A program made the translations under genes and the position numbers. The notes below the pieces were generated by a model. That model saw only the letters and a list, made by a program, of their open reading frames with translations, was not told the DNA's origin and made no database searches. A stretch of DNA of 64,000 nt, taken from NCBI GenBank assembly GCA_030141605.1, contig JAQGDQ010000003.1, positions 186,001 through 250,000 of the forward strand. The letters are read 5' to 3'. Positions 39,651-52,805 of the stretch are shown piece after piece. The DNA comes from Tubiluchus corallicola. Its lineage: Eukaryota > Animalia > Priapulida. Each line of letters begins with the position of its first letter. The stretch's first letter is position 1.

Positions 39651-40395
39651 GTACTTAACACTTTTCTCGCTCATTTAATTTCATTAGCCTTACTCGGTCA
39701 TAGCTAGACAGGTTTATTCTTGTTTCCAGTTTTTTCCAGAGAATTCTCCATTAAATGCCTTTCTTAAAGTGAAAAGTCTTAACTTTTCTGGTGTCAACTG
39801 CGTGGGATTCTTCCCAATTTCTCTGTGGAAGTTCTGAGTGTCAACTATTGAAGAATTGTTCTCGTTGCTGTTAATTAGCATCAGCTAACCGACTTGAACA
39901 CAGCCTCTTTCGTTTAATTAGTTTACCGAAACGCTATTTTCGGTTGGCTGATTGGCACCCACTGTTCCGTGTTCAATACGTCTTTACAAAAGCCATAATT
40001 GACTTCTTCACAGGGACTTGTCAAATTTCCACAGGCAGACTAATTTAATGATGCTTCTTTTCCAAGGTCTGAAACACGTTTAACTGGAGAGTGATTTAGT
40101 TTTTTGCTTGTTGTTTTCTATACAATGAACTGAGATTTACCCAGAAAAACTGATTAATGTCTTGAACTTTTAAATTTACATTTGCTGAAATTGTTTTCAG
40201 GAAGAAATCTTAAAAATGAACATTATCTAGGCTATTAATTTCAATATACAAAAAGGGTAATTTTTAAATTACAGTGTAATTTGATAAATTTTCAGTATTC
40301 ACTTATGATCTTTGTTTATTTTTCAGCTTCTGCTCCGACGTGTTGTCAAGGAAACATGTTGTAGACCAAGAGACAACCAATACATTGCTTTGTGA
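26317..40395 (+). CDS. SLC37A2: SLC37A1/A2-type sugar-phosphate (glucose-6-phosphate) exchanger, MFS OPA family; 495 aa, or 521 aa with the optional exon
   Basis: Exons 26317-26399, 27731-27812, 29531-29612, 30151-30229, 31241-31453, 32086-32264, 33719-33762, (34402-34479), 36037-36244, 36529-36591, 37311-37445, 39203-39453, 40327-40395; all GT-AG and in phase. Diagnostic motifs [90 protein letters not shown]. Likely co-orthologue of vertebrate A1/A2. Confidence 0.95.
26580..27590 (+). mobile_element. 5'-truncated, decayed L2/Crack-clade LINE
   Basis: Degenerate RT remnants MYTGNTQLY (from YADDTQLY), [55 protein letters not shown]; (TACAT)-type tail at 27545-27586. Confidence 0.85.
27731..27812 (+). 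CDS. SLC37A2: SLC37 exon
   Basis: [27 protein letters not shown]; AAG|gtgaga. Confidence 0.95.
29531..29612 (+). CDS. SLC37A2: SLC37 exon
   Basis: [27 protein letters not shown]. Confidence 0.93.
30151..30229 (+). CDS. SLC37A2: SLC37 exon
   Basis: [26 protein letters not shown]; TG|gtaagt. Confidence 0.95.
30619..31091 (+). mobile_element. Dispersed non-autonomous element, family B
   Basis: Homologous to 42554-43025 and 59278-59735 (aaattactgtatcttgtc, gagcatt.gtagcacac); ends ...tttaa. Confidence 0.75.
31241..31453 (+). CDS. SLC37A2: SLC37 exon
   Basis: [21 protein letters not shown]...GNWFGKG; CA|gtaagt. Confidence 0.96.
32086..32264 (+). CDS. SLC37A2: SLC37 exon
   Basis: [19 protein letters not shown]...FFFLPT; G|gtatga. 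Confidence 0.96.
33306..33583 (-). mobile_element. Complete Kolobok-like MITE (family A), TTAA target duplication
   Basis: TTAA|AGAAAAGGCCAAG ... CTTGTCCTTTCCT|TTAA: imperfect TIR of about 13-15 bp, RR..YY ends. Confidence 0.75.
33719..33762 (+). CDS. SLC37A2: SLC37 exon
   Basis: [15 protein letters not shown]; AAG|gtaaaa. Confidence 0.9.
34402..34479 (+). CDS. SLC37A2: SLC37 candidate optional in-frame exon (central loop)
   Basis: ttttttcatttctgcacag| 78 nt |gtaaga, phase 0/0; [26 protein letters not shown]. Confidence 0.55.
36037..36244 (+). CDS. SLC37A2: SLC37 exon
   Basis: [11 protein letters not shown]...[40 protein letters not shown]; A|gtaagt. Confidence 0.96.
36529..36591 (+). CDS. 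SLC37A2: SLC37 exon
   Basis: [21 protein letters not shown]; G|gtgagt. Confidence 0.95.
37311..37445 (+). CDS. SLC37A2: SLC37 exon
   Basis: [45 protein letters not shown]; T|gtgagt. Confidence 0.95.
39203..39453 (+). CDS. SLC37A2: SLC37 exon
   Basis: [30 protein letters not shown]...DVIALV; |gtaagt. Confidence 0.96.
39613..39648. repeat. (TA)n microsatellite
   Basis: Direct observation. Confidence 0.95.
40327..40395 (+). CDS. SLC37A2: SLC37 last coding exon
   Basis: tttttcag|CTT; [22 protein letters not shown]. Confidence 0.9.
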   Translation, partial: LLLRRVVKETCCRPRDNQYIAL

Positions 40396-41577
40396 GACTT
40401 ATTACTAATTATATGTATTAAGAGTATTACCTTATAGAGTTTATTTTATTATTAATAAGATAGTATTTTTATTGCCTTTGTGTGCATTTTAACTTGCACG
40501 AGGGCATTAAACAAAGCCAATATTATGGCCACTAAAATTTTAATTTGGCATACTTTGTTTTAGAAAAGTACAAGAAGTGTTTAAAAGCTGTTTTTTCACA
40601 GCTCCTTTTTTGCTTTTAACAAAGATCCTATTGTTTATAATGCACAGCATTTTAAATTTTTAAGACGTATCTGCACTTTACATTTGTTTCTTTGTATGTG
40701 TTGCACACTTCGTCATAGGACGTGTGTTGTGTGCTTAGCTATTTGCAGTCCAATCACAGGCTTGTAATTTAATTCCAGGTCCAAAAGTGGTGTCGTCTGA
40801 ATTTGCGTTTGCTTTCCCAGGCTAGACAATTTCATTCACTGTTAGCGAAAGAAGACACAGTATGCACCTGCCTTTGTTTACTGAACTGTACAAGGTCTGT
40901 GTTGGCTTGTACAGAATTACTCTCAAATTTCATTTTGCCCTTCAAAAAGTTTCTTTAAGAATTCAATACTGTTTTGATGTCTCATTTCATGATCTAGATC
41001 CTCTTGGCTTGAGACATCATGCGGCTATGGCGTGTTTTTTATTCTTTTGACTTTCCTTAACTTAGTAATTTAATGAGTTCTCTTTGAGTTTTATTTTCGG
41101 TGATTAGGTTACTTTCTGTCATTTGTATTTTTTATGATGTGTATCTATACTAGTAGCTCAATACTACAGCTGGTGACACTGATGAAAGCAAAAGACCTCT
41201 ACTCCTTCAATTAAATGTTTGATGTCTTAGGTTTTATAGCTCGGGTGTTATCAGATGCAGCGCGTATGCTGGGCCTTTTGTGGTACGTCACTGTATGTGT
41301 TTCCTTTAAGGTCTTTGGCTTACAGGAATGCTATATCTTATTTTTCCTACATTATTATTTCGTGCTATTTGGTGACTTCACTGCTCTATAAAGCCAATTC
41401 TTGCATTCTTGTTCATTCTTACTCTTTTATTGTGGCAGCACAGTGGTTGTGTGCATTTTGTTTACTAATGTATCAGATACATAAGATTTATTTTTACATA
41501 AAGATAATGCAGCATGTCAGTTTTTGGCTTGAAGAATTTTTAACTATTATATATTATTGTAAATAGTGAGTATGTAA

Positions 41578-41583
41578 AATAAA
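41578..41583 (+). terminator. Candidate SLC37 polyadenylation signal (AATAAA)
   Basis: Ends about 1.2 kb of T-rich 3'UTR-like sequence and is followed by a T/GT-rich stretch. Confidence 0.5.
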
Positions 41584-42553
41584 TTAAATTGCGTGGTAAA
41601 AGAATGTGAAACTTAATTTTTTGCACGGTTTGTTATGTGAGATCAGTGTTTCATGGCATACAATTTGAAGTTACTTTACTATATAAAAAATGCTCCTTAG
41701 CAGAGCTCAATAGAAAAACGTTATGTCAACTTAGTACTTAAAGACATGTAAACCTCATCTCTCAACTGTGCAAATGTTTCAATGATATAAAACAACAAAA
41801 TTGCAGAACAGAACAAATGTAACCACATTTAGGTAGTTGCGACAGCAGTGCAACCCTGGCAAATTGAAGGTAACTGCGTTTCCTGTGATCGCAATGAGCC
41901 AAGATATTAAGTTTGTACTAAGCCTAAATGGGATTGAAATTGTTATGTCAATAAATTTTATTTGAATTGCATAATGTCAACAAGTAGTAGTGGTAATGGG
42001 GATGGTCCCAGTCGCGGTGGAAACGACTGTGGTGGTGGTGGTGATAGTAGCAGTATGAGTAGTCTTGACAACACTCACAGTACAATGCAACTTGAAGGGG
42101 AGAGACACTAATTCAAGCTTAATGAAGGCTAGTTGAGCAATTTAACAGTGACGAGAAGAAGGCTAATACGTCACCCAACAATTGACCTTAGTCTTAGTCT
42201 TTGTCTAAATAGTTTTTTTAATTTATACCTATGTTCTAAACCTAGAACTGAACTAAATAAACGAGACTAAAACAAACAAATGAAACCAAGTTGCTGAAAC
42301 ATTTCACATTTGCATACATATATCTATTGTACACGTACATGATTAATGAAATAATCTAACGCAATTAACATAATGTCAATTTTAACTTGAAATTGTTACA
42401 TTTTTGGAACTTGATATAGTTGACATTAATATCAAGAATATATTTTCTAATACTAATAACTCTTAAGGTTCCAAATTTTGAATGTAAGATACTCATCAGC
42501 AGACTATACAGTCACGTTAATAATTTACGTTCAAAACTGAATGTAGGCTATTC

Positions 42554-43025
42554 TAAAAACAAAATCCTTTGCTTACATAAAGCTAAAAAATTATCTAGAA
42601 ATTTTGTATCACCTACATGCTTCCTAATTGTGCACAGAGCTTGTATTAGCAGCAACGCCGTGTAAAACTTGAAAATTTAAACTCCCACAATGAGTCAATG
42701 ACTGTTAGTCGCAGCTATTTTAACTGTAGGTCGTTTGAAACAAGTTTGGATAACATAGCGTAAAATTTTAAAAAGTAATCAGAACATTCGTAGCGCATAC
42801 TAGATTTACTAAGCAAAAGTATAAATTACTGTATCTTGTCGAGTCAGTGATTTACACTGGCAAGGTGAATCAGTGACATTTTACCAGCTGGCGCGAGCTA
42901 AGAATTTGTTTTACTAGTTACATAAGTCTTTCAAACAGGCAAGCTTGCTGCTAAGTATAATAGCTTTGTGTGGAAAGTTTTTTAGGGACATTGTGTGTGG
43001 AAAATTGCCCTTTCTTCGCCTTTAA
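42554..43025 (+). mobile_element. Family B element copy
   Basis: Homology to the 30.6 and 59.3 kb copies; ends ctttcttcgcct|ttaa. Confidence 0.75.
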
Positions 43026-43714
43026 GCGCTTTTTGTTTTACAGTGATCTGATTTCATTTACAGTGAATGTTTAAAGCGTTAAGCTCTAAGTGCCCTTGAG
43101 TATGATTATATAATATTTTAACTTTGGTTACATTTTCTCATTTTTCCCGTTTTGACAAGGACGCTGATATCTTCCTCCGCTCATCACAACAAGCTCAAGT
43201 CTGAAGCCCTTGCAGCAGTCACTTTGCGCAGGGAGGCTGAGAGTTCACAAGAGGATAATCCGAACTGAATCCTGAACGTGCGCATTTCAGCAGCTGTGAA
43301 CGCCTGATGATGCTTTACTTACTCCTACCCAATTAACATTTAACTTAATGTAACTAGAGTAATTGGTAATCATCTGCATGATGATGTGTGACTGTATGAC
43401 GCTGAGAATTAGCATAAAGTTGGTTAACCGCTCGTGGTACACATCGCTGACTAATGGTTACGATAAATGCATACTTCAAACGTATTAGTAAAGAAGATAA
43501 TGACCTCTGTCCAGGTAAGACGCATTTTAAAATTGAGACTAATGTGTATAATGGGATTCCCATATATCTGTATCTTTGCTTGACCTAGTTTTTCCTGTCC
43601 AGTAGCTTTCTATGTTTCCTTTTTCATAACCTATTTCCTAAAGGCATATATAAAGTGTGTTTATCTTTTTTTGTTCAGTAAGCTAACTACATAACGCTTT
43701 GAACTGTCTTTTTA

Positions 43715-43830
43715 TTTTATTTGTTTGTTTATTTGTCTGTCTGTTTGTCTGTCTTTTGTTTGTTTAACTATTTGTCATTTATTTGTTTGTTTGCTTGTAT
43801 ATTTGGTTGGTTGATTGGTTGTTTATTATT
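43715..43830. repeat. Degenerate (TTTG/TCTG/TTGG)n tetranucleotide tract
   Basis: Direct observation. Confidence 0.7.
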
Positions 43831-44640
43831 AAAACCTACTGATTTATTCTGAAACACCAGAATCGAAAGACCAAAACCGTTCATAAAATTTAATGCAGTT
43901 TGTTGTAGGAATAGGAAATACATGTACATGTTAATAAATTTTAGTTAATTCATGATGTACAAACTTGTCAAAACGAACGAATCTATATCCATTTTGCTGC
44001 ACCGACATTAACACTTGTTGCAGTATATACTTTGTAGTACTTTATATGTTCTTAGAATTATCGTCTCTTTAAACTACATTCCTGGGAATACAGACTTACG
44101 TTATTATTAGTTCATAACAGACTTATTCTGCGCACAATTGGAAAGATTTAAACTTGTTGTATTGTTGTTTCGTCGCCGTTCTCGATGTCGTTATCTTTTG
44201 GATCTGATTTTGTTTTTTCGTCTGGAAAAACAATGTAATCCAAGTCGCCGCCGGTTTTGTTGCCATCAATTTAATTCGGACAAATCATATTAATTAGTAA
44301 CTTCACTGTAATTGGTCATTGTACTGACAATTAAACTAGTGTTTTAATTATATAGTAGGTTATATCTAATAACAAATTGCTATTAACGGGCGTCTCTATT
44401 TAGCAACAAAAAAGAATTTGCTACGTAAAGCACAATTAATATTACAGTATTAAAATAGTGAAATTATAGAACTATGAATTTATTTTCTGCGCTTGTTGGC
44501 CTTTCGCAAAGCTAATTTACACGCATTATGCAAACTTAACGTTTAATATGGATTAACGAAAAACCAAACCGGCAACGGAAAATTTTAAGGAGAAATGGTC
44601 ATTGTTGAAAAGCGTACTGGCGAACTGAGTAATAAGTAAC

Positions 44641-44848
44641 GGCGCGTTCAGACTAGTTCTCGCCAAGTAAACTCGCAGTAGCTCGCCAAGTAACTCGAAA
44701 GCGGCTTCAGACTGGAGAACATCAATTTCGCAGCAATTGTCGCAATGTTTGCAGTAACTTACCGCATTAACACGCACAGCAGTTCACACTTGCGAGTTTG
44801 CTATCAGAGAGAAAACCTGCGGCAGAAAACTCGCTAGTCTGAGCGCAC
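44641..44848. mobile_element. PIF/Harbinger-like MITE
   Basis: Imperfect TIRs GCGCGTTCAGACTAG / CTAGTCTGAGCGCAC; CpG-rich interior with ctcgccaagtaa repeats; target duplication unclear. Confidence 0.5.
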
Positions 44849-44963
44849 AGCAAATGAATTCCGAAAACATTCACAAACTGATATAAGTAAAATATGTATT
44901 AACAAAATGCAAACTATATAGATGCACTAATAAGACTGATTAATGTAAATGGTAATAAATGAA

Positions 44964-45126
<163 letters not shown>

Positions 45127-46244
45127 CCTTGTGCAAGTTTGCCGTCGGTGAAATAAAGCATTTAGAAATTTTAATGCATAATAATGTTACATATATTAAT
45201 ACTTTTTTGATGAAATCGTAAACGACGAAACTAAAACATAAAATTATAAAAGTATGGCAAGCTCACAGGACTACTCGAATCGGGTAGATAAAATTAAATA
45301 CACAAACGCCATAACGAAAAAACTTAATTTAGCTCAGTAATATTAATTAGACCAAACCAAAAATGGCGTTTACAGGAAGAATCAACTCAAACAAAGAAAA
45401 ACCGTGACTTCTTCGTCTTTCCAGAGCTGGGTGTTCCGAACGCATGCGCGGAACCCAATAATAAGATATTTGCGACAAGTAGGGAGTTTTACGGACAAAA
45501 CGTACCCTGGCAAAACGTGTGCTGTCGAAATATACAACTGGCGAATTGTACGATGGGCAATGTGTGCATTGGCAAAATATACCACTGGCAAACTTATACA
45601 TCCGAAATGGATAATTACGTCAAAAAATCAATTTTTTGAGAAACTCAAACAAAATATAACTAGTTATTTATTATTTTGATTCATATCAATTTGAACACCA
45701 TTACCAACAACAGCAGCTGTAGCCGTAACGGTTACAGCAGCTGTAGTTAGTAGCACTATTTTTTTATTATACTGCAGTAACATCAGCAACTGCAACAGCA
45801 GCGACATATGCAAATAATATGCAAATATATTAACAATTAGTAGTGTTTTAATTTTTAATTTTGCAGCGCGTTAATATGAAGTGGATAAAAAATGAAATGC
45901 TTAACAAATTGCTTGATTCGTTTTAAATGGCTTTTTGTGAGTGCGTCTGAGTAGCCAATCAATTTAAACGTTTTGCCGTGGGTGTTTTTATGTTCTTCAC
46001 TATCATTCAAATCTTTGACTTTAAGTCACGTCGCCACTAACCAGAGACCGATTAAGAAAACTTTATTTCCGAAAAGACTTTTAATGGTAAGTTATAAAGT
46101 AAATTTAACCAAAATGGTGACGTCATACAGTTCATTGTTTCTAATCTTGATTTCACAACTGGCATAAAGCGATAGAATGAATCCACAGTTATTTAATTTT
46201 TGTGACTAAATTTAACCGAAAGAAATAAAATGTGAGTGTCACCA

Positions 46245-46312
46245 GTCTTGGGACTGGATTCGAACCGCGGATCGATTCCGCGGAAGAATAAATGCGCAAC
46301 CACTGTTGCAAT
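46245..46312 (-). repeat. tRNA-like (SINE head) remnant
   Basis: B-box GGTTCGAATCC and A-box-like gcaacagtgg on the - strand; no intact cloverleaf. Confidence 0.4.
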
Positions 46313-46389
46313 TACAATTATTCAGCATTGTAACATTATCCTCAACATATTCTGGATCACTCCTATCCTGCTTTGGAATCTTATGAACC

Positions 46390-47153
46390 ATTCCTTATTG
46401 ATCAACAATATGCCCATGATATAGGATGGATTAGTGTATCAAATTTTCAAAACTAACACAATAAAAAGGGATTTTCCAAAAAAACTAGAAAGTTTTTAAC
46501 ACAAATAAAAAGAAATTTTCAAGTAAACCAGTCAAAAACAGAAGAATATGTTATTGCAAGAGATGGTAATCAGTCTTGGAAGAAGTGCAAATACATGGGC
46601 ACTTTTCTAAACACCGAAGATGACATTAAAAGCAGAAAGCAACAAGCAATGCATGCTTTTCTTCAGCGCAAGAATGTATTAACTAGCAAGAGATTAAGTC
46701 TTAACGTAAGACTTCGATTATTTAATGCCTACCTTACCAGCATATTTATGGACAACAGTGAAACTTGGGGTTTAACGATTACTCAAGAACAGTTTTAGGA
46801 AAGTTTTAAAGATAAGATGGCCATACATAATCAAAAATGAAGATTTATACACCAGAACAAAAGAAATTTATTGGAGTTCAGAAGTCAAGATCCAAAGATT
46901 AAGATGGCTAGGACATCTTCTAAGATTACAAAATGAAGCTCCCGTAAGAATCATCTTAAAGAAAGCCTTAAAAACTTGCAAAAAACCACCTGGTTAACCT
47001 AAAACAACTTGGATAGCTAAGATAAATAAAGATGTTCAACAACTTCAACCAAATCTATCTTTAGGAGTAGAATTACTTACACGGTTAGCTGCAGATAGAA
47101 GTGGGTGGAATACTTTGATAAATGTTGATACCTCAGTGCCTACAACAGGTTGA
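46390..47153 (+). mobile_element. 5'-truncated, decayed RTE/RTEX-clade LINE
   Basis: QYAHDIGW (from YADD), WKKCKYMG, RLRLFNAYLTSIFMDNSETW, IRWPYIIKNEDLY, RLRWLGHLLRL, PPG*PKTTW, LAADRSGW; contains stops and frameshifts. Confidence 0.88.
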
Positions 47154-48389
47154 ATGAGATTTTGAAGAAGAACATTATCCATTTGTGGAACGAATGTGCT
47201 ATGCGGGGATTTAATTAAACTGACCTCACATGAATGAAATTTTAAATCGAAGCCTAACCTAGACTCATTTAAAATAATTGTTGCAAATCTTTTATTATTG
47301 TGTTCTTTAATAAACAATTAAGTGAAGTTTAACGTATTTTGGTTTGTTGCGATTATAATTATTATAATTAGCATTTGTAAATTTGTTCCGCGCATGCGTG
47401 CGTGGCTTCTGGAATTCTCCGTTCTGGAAAAAAACGGTGCAAAGACAAAGCAGTCAATCTGTGTGCATTCTAGTTAGTTCCTGTTGTGTAAGCACAATGT
47501 ATTTTATTTCAGTCTAATATCAAAATTGCTGAGCTAAGCTCACATATTTATTCTAATGTTTATCTGTTGTGAGTTATTGAACCTTATGTGTGCTGCCACA
47601 AAGACAACGCCAATAATTCAACGTCAGTCGAATCCGTGTTCACTTCAATTCATACCGTTAAAACCAGTCTTTTCATTTTATAATGATGATAAAAGCTACT
47701 TGTATTTGTACTACTTAACTAGATTTATCTTTTATCCCGCGCTGAATGCAAATGTCAAGCTTAAGTTTAGCTCAGACTCACTAGACATTCGTCCAAACGT
47801 AATTCGAATTCACTCCGCTATAAATAGCTGGTAAGTCGTGATTCAATTTATTTCCGTATTATCTTTATCTTTATCTTTATCTTTCACTTGTTACCAAATG
47901 GTTGTGGAAAGGTGTGTACATCCGACATATGTGACTAAAATACCTCTACTGGTTCAGTGACTCACCTTAGAGGGTTATTCTTACATAATCGTTATTCAAT
48001 AAAATTGCGGCAAAAGCTGGATTAATACAAGAATTAAAACAAGATTGATAAAAATTACTCTAAATACGCAACATCTAAAATTGGTAAAATATACATGTCG
48101 AACTACTTAAAACATTTAAAATTTTGAACATGCAGTTTAAAGTTTAGTAAACAGGATTTGAGCAATGACCTGAACAAGTTTGTGGAAACATGCAGTGATT
48201 AAAAGAAAAAGTTATTGATAGTTAAATGAACAATAGGGAATAAAACTTTTTTTATGTCATCCAGTTTTGATTAAAGGTGATTTAGACTTGTTGGTGTTTC
48301 TAGTGTCTTGCCGTTTAGTCTATGGAGGGGGAAGTAAGTAGTTTAGTTTGCGAGAACTTGCTTGGATATCAGAAAATAGTTTTTTGCAG

Positions 48390-48799
48390 CTTTCTCGCGA
48401 ATCGCGCCTCTCAGCTAGAGTTGTAGTAGCTAAGGGCTTCCTCATCAGTTAAGTTAGCAAATAATGAGCCACCTTATTAGTCAGGTTCAGGATCCTACAA
48501 GCCAGAACGTGGTGCAGTTAAAGGCAAGTCCTATTCAAAATCAATGATCGTGACGAAACCAGGACATGACTCACAGTCAAGAGGATACCTTTAATGTAAG
48601 CCCTTGAATCCTCTAAGATGTATCTTAGCCACGTGTAGTTGTGTGCACAAAAAAGGCCAGCTAACGGCCAGAATCAGCAATAGCAGTATGGCGAATGAAA
48701 CCTCACAGAGCGAGAATCGAACCGGTTCACCTATCCATTAACTGACCAGTCACGGTGTAACACTTAAATTCGGTAACCAAATTCACTCAGCCATACGCC
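48390..48799 (-). mobile_element. tRNA-derived SINE
   Basis: - strand head GGCGTATGGCTGAGTG (A box) ... GGTTCGATTCTC (B box), followed by a body related to 2270-2524. Confidence 0.55.
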
Positions 48800-51700
48800 T
48801 TTTACTATCTGACGGGTGGAATGAGCGCCAACTTACATTTTAACGAAAAAATCGCGTTTGTCCAAATTGTAATAGTTCGTATCTTCCAGTTTTATAGACT
48901 TATGCCGGAAGGTAATGTCCCCAATCACGTAAATTTCTACTGCGCTTCATTAGGCAGTTATAGCGCGACATCCTGACGTTACATTATCAAACGATTTTAG
49001 ACAGCTTGCGCCTTGTGCGACCTATTACAGCAGGCAAATGACACAAACAAAAAAATGAAACAAAAGCAACAAGGTTGACGGCCTTACAGAGAAAAGATGC
49101 AAAAAAACTGAACTTAAAAACGACGACAGCAAAATGATTCATGCGGATGAGTGGAAACATTGTGAAGATGACATAATCAATGGACTGCTATTCAATGTTA
49201 GAATACGGAAATGAGGACGTTTCTCACTTCCGGAATACCACGCAGAACGCGACTGTTGGGACTCGCTTGGCGTGACGAATCATGTCAAATGGACCGCTAA
49301 TCTAATTCATTGTGGATAACGTTGTCGGAATATTGAACAAGAAGATGTATTTGCGATAGCTGATAGCTCCTCCGAACAAAAGCTGACTACTTTGATCGCT
49401 TGTTGATCGATTCATTCGTGCAGATTTTACAAGACGAAGTCTGTTTTGGACAGGTTTTAAAGCAAGTGAGCAAATGCGCACGCAAAAGCAATTAGGGAAG
49501 CTATAGTTTAACATTATTCGTCTTGTTGACCAAAAATAAAATATTTTAGTGCAGAAATGTACTGTTAAAATCTACTGGCAAATTCAGTGAAAATCAATGG
49601 TATGAGTGTCAACTTTTCTGGGTTTTTCACATTCATTTTTTCTGCATTAATGTCAGTTCGATTTGATATCACCTAATAAACTAATTTTGATTATTCTTAC
49701 GTTTGTGCTCAGTGTGTAATAGCTGCCATACATTACAACAGATTCGAATATTTTGGATTTCCCATTGAGTATAAAAGGTAACTAAATTGAGTTACACACG
49801 CTCATATACGTCCAAATGCAAAATCATTAATTTTGATACAGTTACAAATCTAGTTTTTACTCCAGTGACAAACGCTTGTAATATACATGCTTAATGACCA
49901 GATGCTGCAACTGAATTAAGTGATAGTAATGATATTTAAGTTTTACGTTGGTGCTTCTGACGTAAAAATTGCTAGCAGATTGCTAAAAAACTAAAACTAA
50001 CAGAAATTGTCATAATAATTTGTAATAACGCAGGCCTGTACTGTGTATTTTTTGTGTTGGTATTGATGCTGCTGGTGCAACAAATTCAACAAATACATTA
50101 ATTAAAATTCATTAATTATGTTGCGATGTCAATAGTCAATAAAAATGTTAACACTATATGTTAATGAACTGTTACGCGTAAAGTGCGCACATTATTGAAG
50201 TTGGTGGATAGTATTACTTGTAGGTATCGCGTTAATTTAGAAATGGAAATGATTCAAATAAGTAGAAATTGAAGGTGCGAGATGTGGTGTCCGACGCGTG
50301 ACTTTTTCAAAAGCGACAAAGCAATCGTGGCCATGTCTGGACGTCGTCGAATTAAATAAAAGAATCAGCGTCGGATTTAAATATAAGTCAAATACTTATA
50401 TTTTTATAAACATTGAAAATTTTATTTTCTAGTGGTGCTGGTAAAAAATCTGATCTGAATCTGAACAATTTGTAGCTTATGGTGGATAGATTGAACAACT
50501 AACTCTTCTCAAAAACACGGGTATTTAGAAAATCAGAATGAGATTTCAATAGAATACTTCTAGGTGTTTAAAAGGTGAATGGCAGCTTTATTTTTATTTT
50601 TACTCTACCCGCATGAAATTATTTTTGTCCCGAATAAAAAAGTAGATTCGTGCTGAAATTTGGTGCTTGTTCATAATCGAAACATACCTTATGCAATCGT
50701 ATGTTACCATACCAACCCAAAGTCGTCGCCAATCCAAAAGCTATCCACAGTTCAGTCAGGATAAAACTTTGGGAAAACCTTGTTCTGTGTCTCAAGACAA
50801 CATCTTGTAATCTTCCATGTATGCAAGGTAATTAGACAAGACCTTGCACGTATGCAAGGTAATTAAATAATGGAGGCTTCAACAAGTCGTTAAAATCACG
50901 CTAGCAAATGCCTTCGAACGATCATGTATAAGTTATAATCGACGAAAATATCATTATTTGTCCAATCATCTGACGCAGCATACACATGCGATGGCAAAAT
51001 TAGGCAGTGCTAGACTAACAGGCCTATTCAGACGTGGATAATTTTGCTTATAACCAGGTGATTTTCTTATATCAAATGTAATGAACAGATTATTAGAAAA
51101 TAGTGGAGACTCTAGTCTTGAGATACCTATTATTATAGCTAGACGGAGTCAGCAATTTATAGAATAAGCGGTATAATGTAACTAGATAGTCCAAGAGCTA
51201 TGGGGGGGAGGGGGGAGGTCATGACTGCACCCACACACTGCTCTCCACCACAATTTTTTTTAGCACCTTGCTTGGAAGTGAGTAGAAAAAACATGTTAAC
51301 ATTGAATCTACTCAACTGCGCTGTTCTAAATTAGCGGAAAACAAAATAGCCGCCAACATTTTTATAAATGTGCTTATTTTGTCTAAATGATTCTGCATAA
51401 AATGTAATAGTTACCCCCTCACATGAAGTCTTAGGCAAAGTCACCCAAAAATCATGTTTTCAAAGTCACAAAAGCCAAAAAAAAACAAGAGCCCCCACAC
51501 GTTTTTTAACGTGTTTATTTTGTCCAAATGAATATGCAATCACCATAATAATGTATTAGGCCTTACCAGCTCATATAATACTATAGTTGTAGTCCCCCAA
51601 AAAGCATATTTTCAAAGACCCAAAGACACCAAATATAACAATATATAAAGTACAATAACGTAGTACAAAGACATAAATGTTTTACATACTTTGCGAAGGT

Positions 51701-52729
51701 ACTACATACATATTTTTTTCTTTTTCTTCCATCAAATCCTCTATTATCTTTATCTCTAGCCCTATAAAAGAGGTTGGCACTTTTATCATTGAAATGTTAG
51801 CTTTTTCCCATACAAATAGGCATTCTTGTTCATTTGTCTGCTTCCCCCATGTTAACTCAAGACTGTCCTGCAAGGTGGCTGTCTAGTGACAACTTGCTGA
51901 AATCCACGTTCCTTTGACACTTACTTCTTCATTTTCATTGTTATATCTTTCTTCTAAGGCTAAGTATATGAAAAAGCGGGTTTATTATCACAACACAACA
52001 CTCTGCACTGTAGACACAAATTGCAGAACCTCTGCTGCAGCAACAAGACCCAATAAAGATGAAATTTCAAACTGCAGTTAGCGTTCCCAGCTAATTTGGC
52101 ACACGTACTTCCAGTAAATAAGGAAAGAGTTATTAACGCTAAAGCTTAAGTAGAAAAGTTACTCTACGTCCATGTGTGAGTCCATTCTGTGCCTAAAGCG
52201 TTTTACAATTAGTGTCATTAGGGGAAACAGAAACATTACGGCAATAAAGATATTAGAATAAAAAGAAAAGTTTATCAAGATATTCAAAAACTAGGTGAAA
52301 ATTTTGAAATCTCTTATGAAATGGTCGGCAAGTTCGAGCAATTTTTGTGCAGTATGTATTGTGTAGTGTTGATGAAACCTGCTTTCACATGTTGAAGACA
52401 TATAACGAAAATGAAGCCATGGAAGACATCAAGTAGATAGAAAAATAGAACCACTTTGGACTGTAATGGAATATTGGCAAGCAGCCTACATATAGATAGT
52501 TCAAGAAAACCCTTTTTTTCACTAAATACTCAATTTGATTCTAGTGATTCTATTGACTCTGAGTAAATAATCAGAAATTTTCGAAAATTGGGGAGACCAA
52601 AGTTATCAAATGCCTACGTTTTGCCTAAAAAATTAGTTTGATATGGATATTAACAGGGATGTACCAATAAATAAATACTATCAGTTTTTTGTTTACTTTT
52701 ATTATTCTCAGTTACCTTTACCATTAATA

Positions 52730-52805
52730 ACAGACAGACAGTCAGTCAGACAGACAGACAGACAGAAAGACACACAGACAGACAAACAAACTGAATGACT
52801 GACTT
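52730..52805. repeat. Degenerate (CAGA)n tract
   Basis: Direct observation. Confidence 0.8.

Noticed and set aside
48385-48448. CTGATGAG plus a long hairpin in the SINE tail (- strand) as a hammerhead
   Set aside because: GAAA does not directly close stem II and no NUH site or stem I could be formed
49000-49510. GC-richer, coding-looking stretch
   Set aside because: Multiple stops in the frames examined and no recognisable family motif
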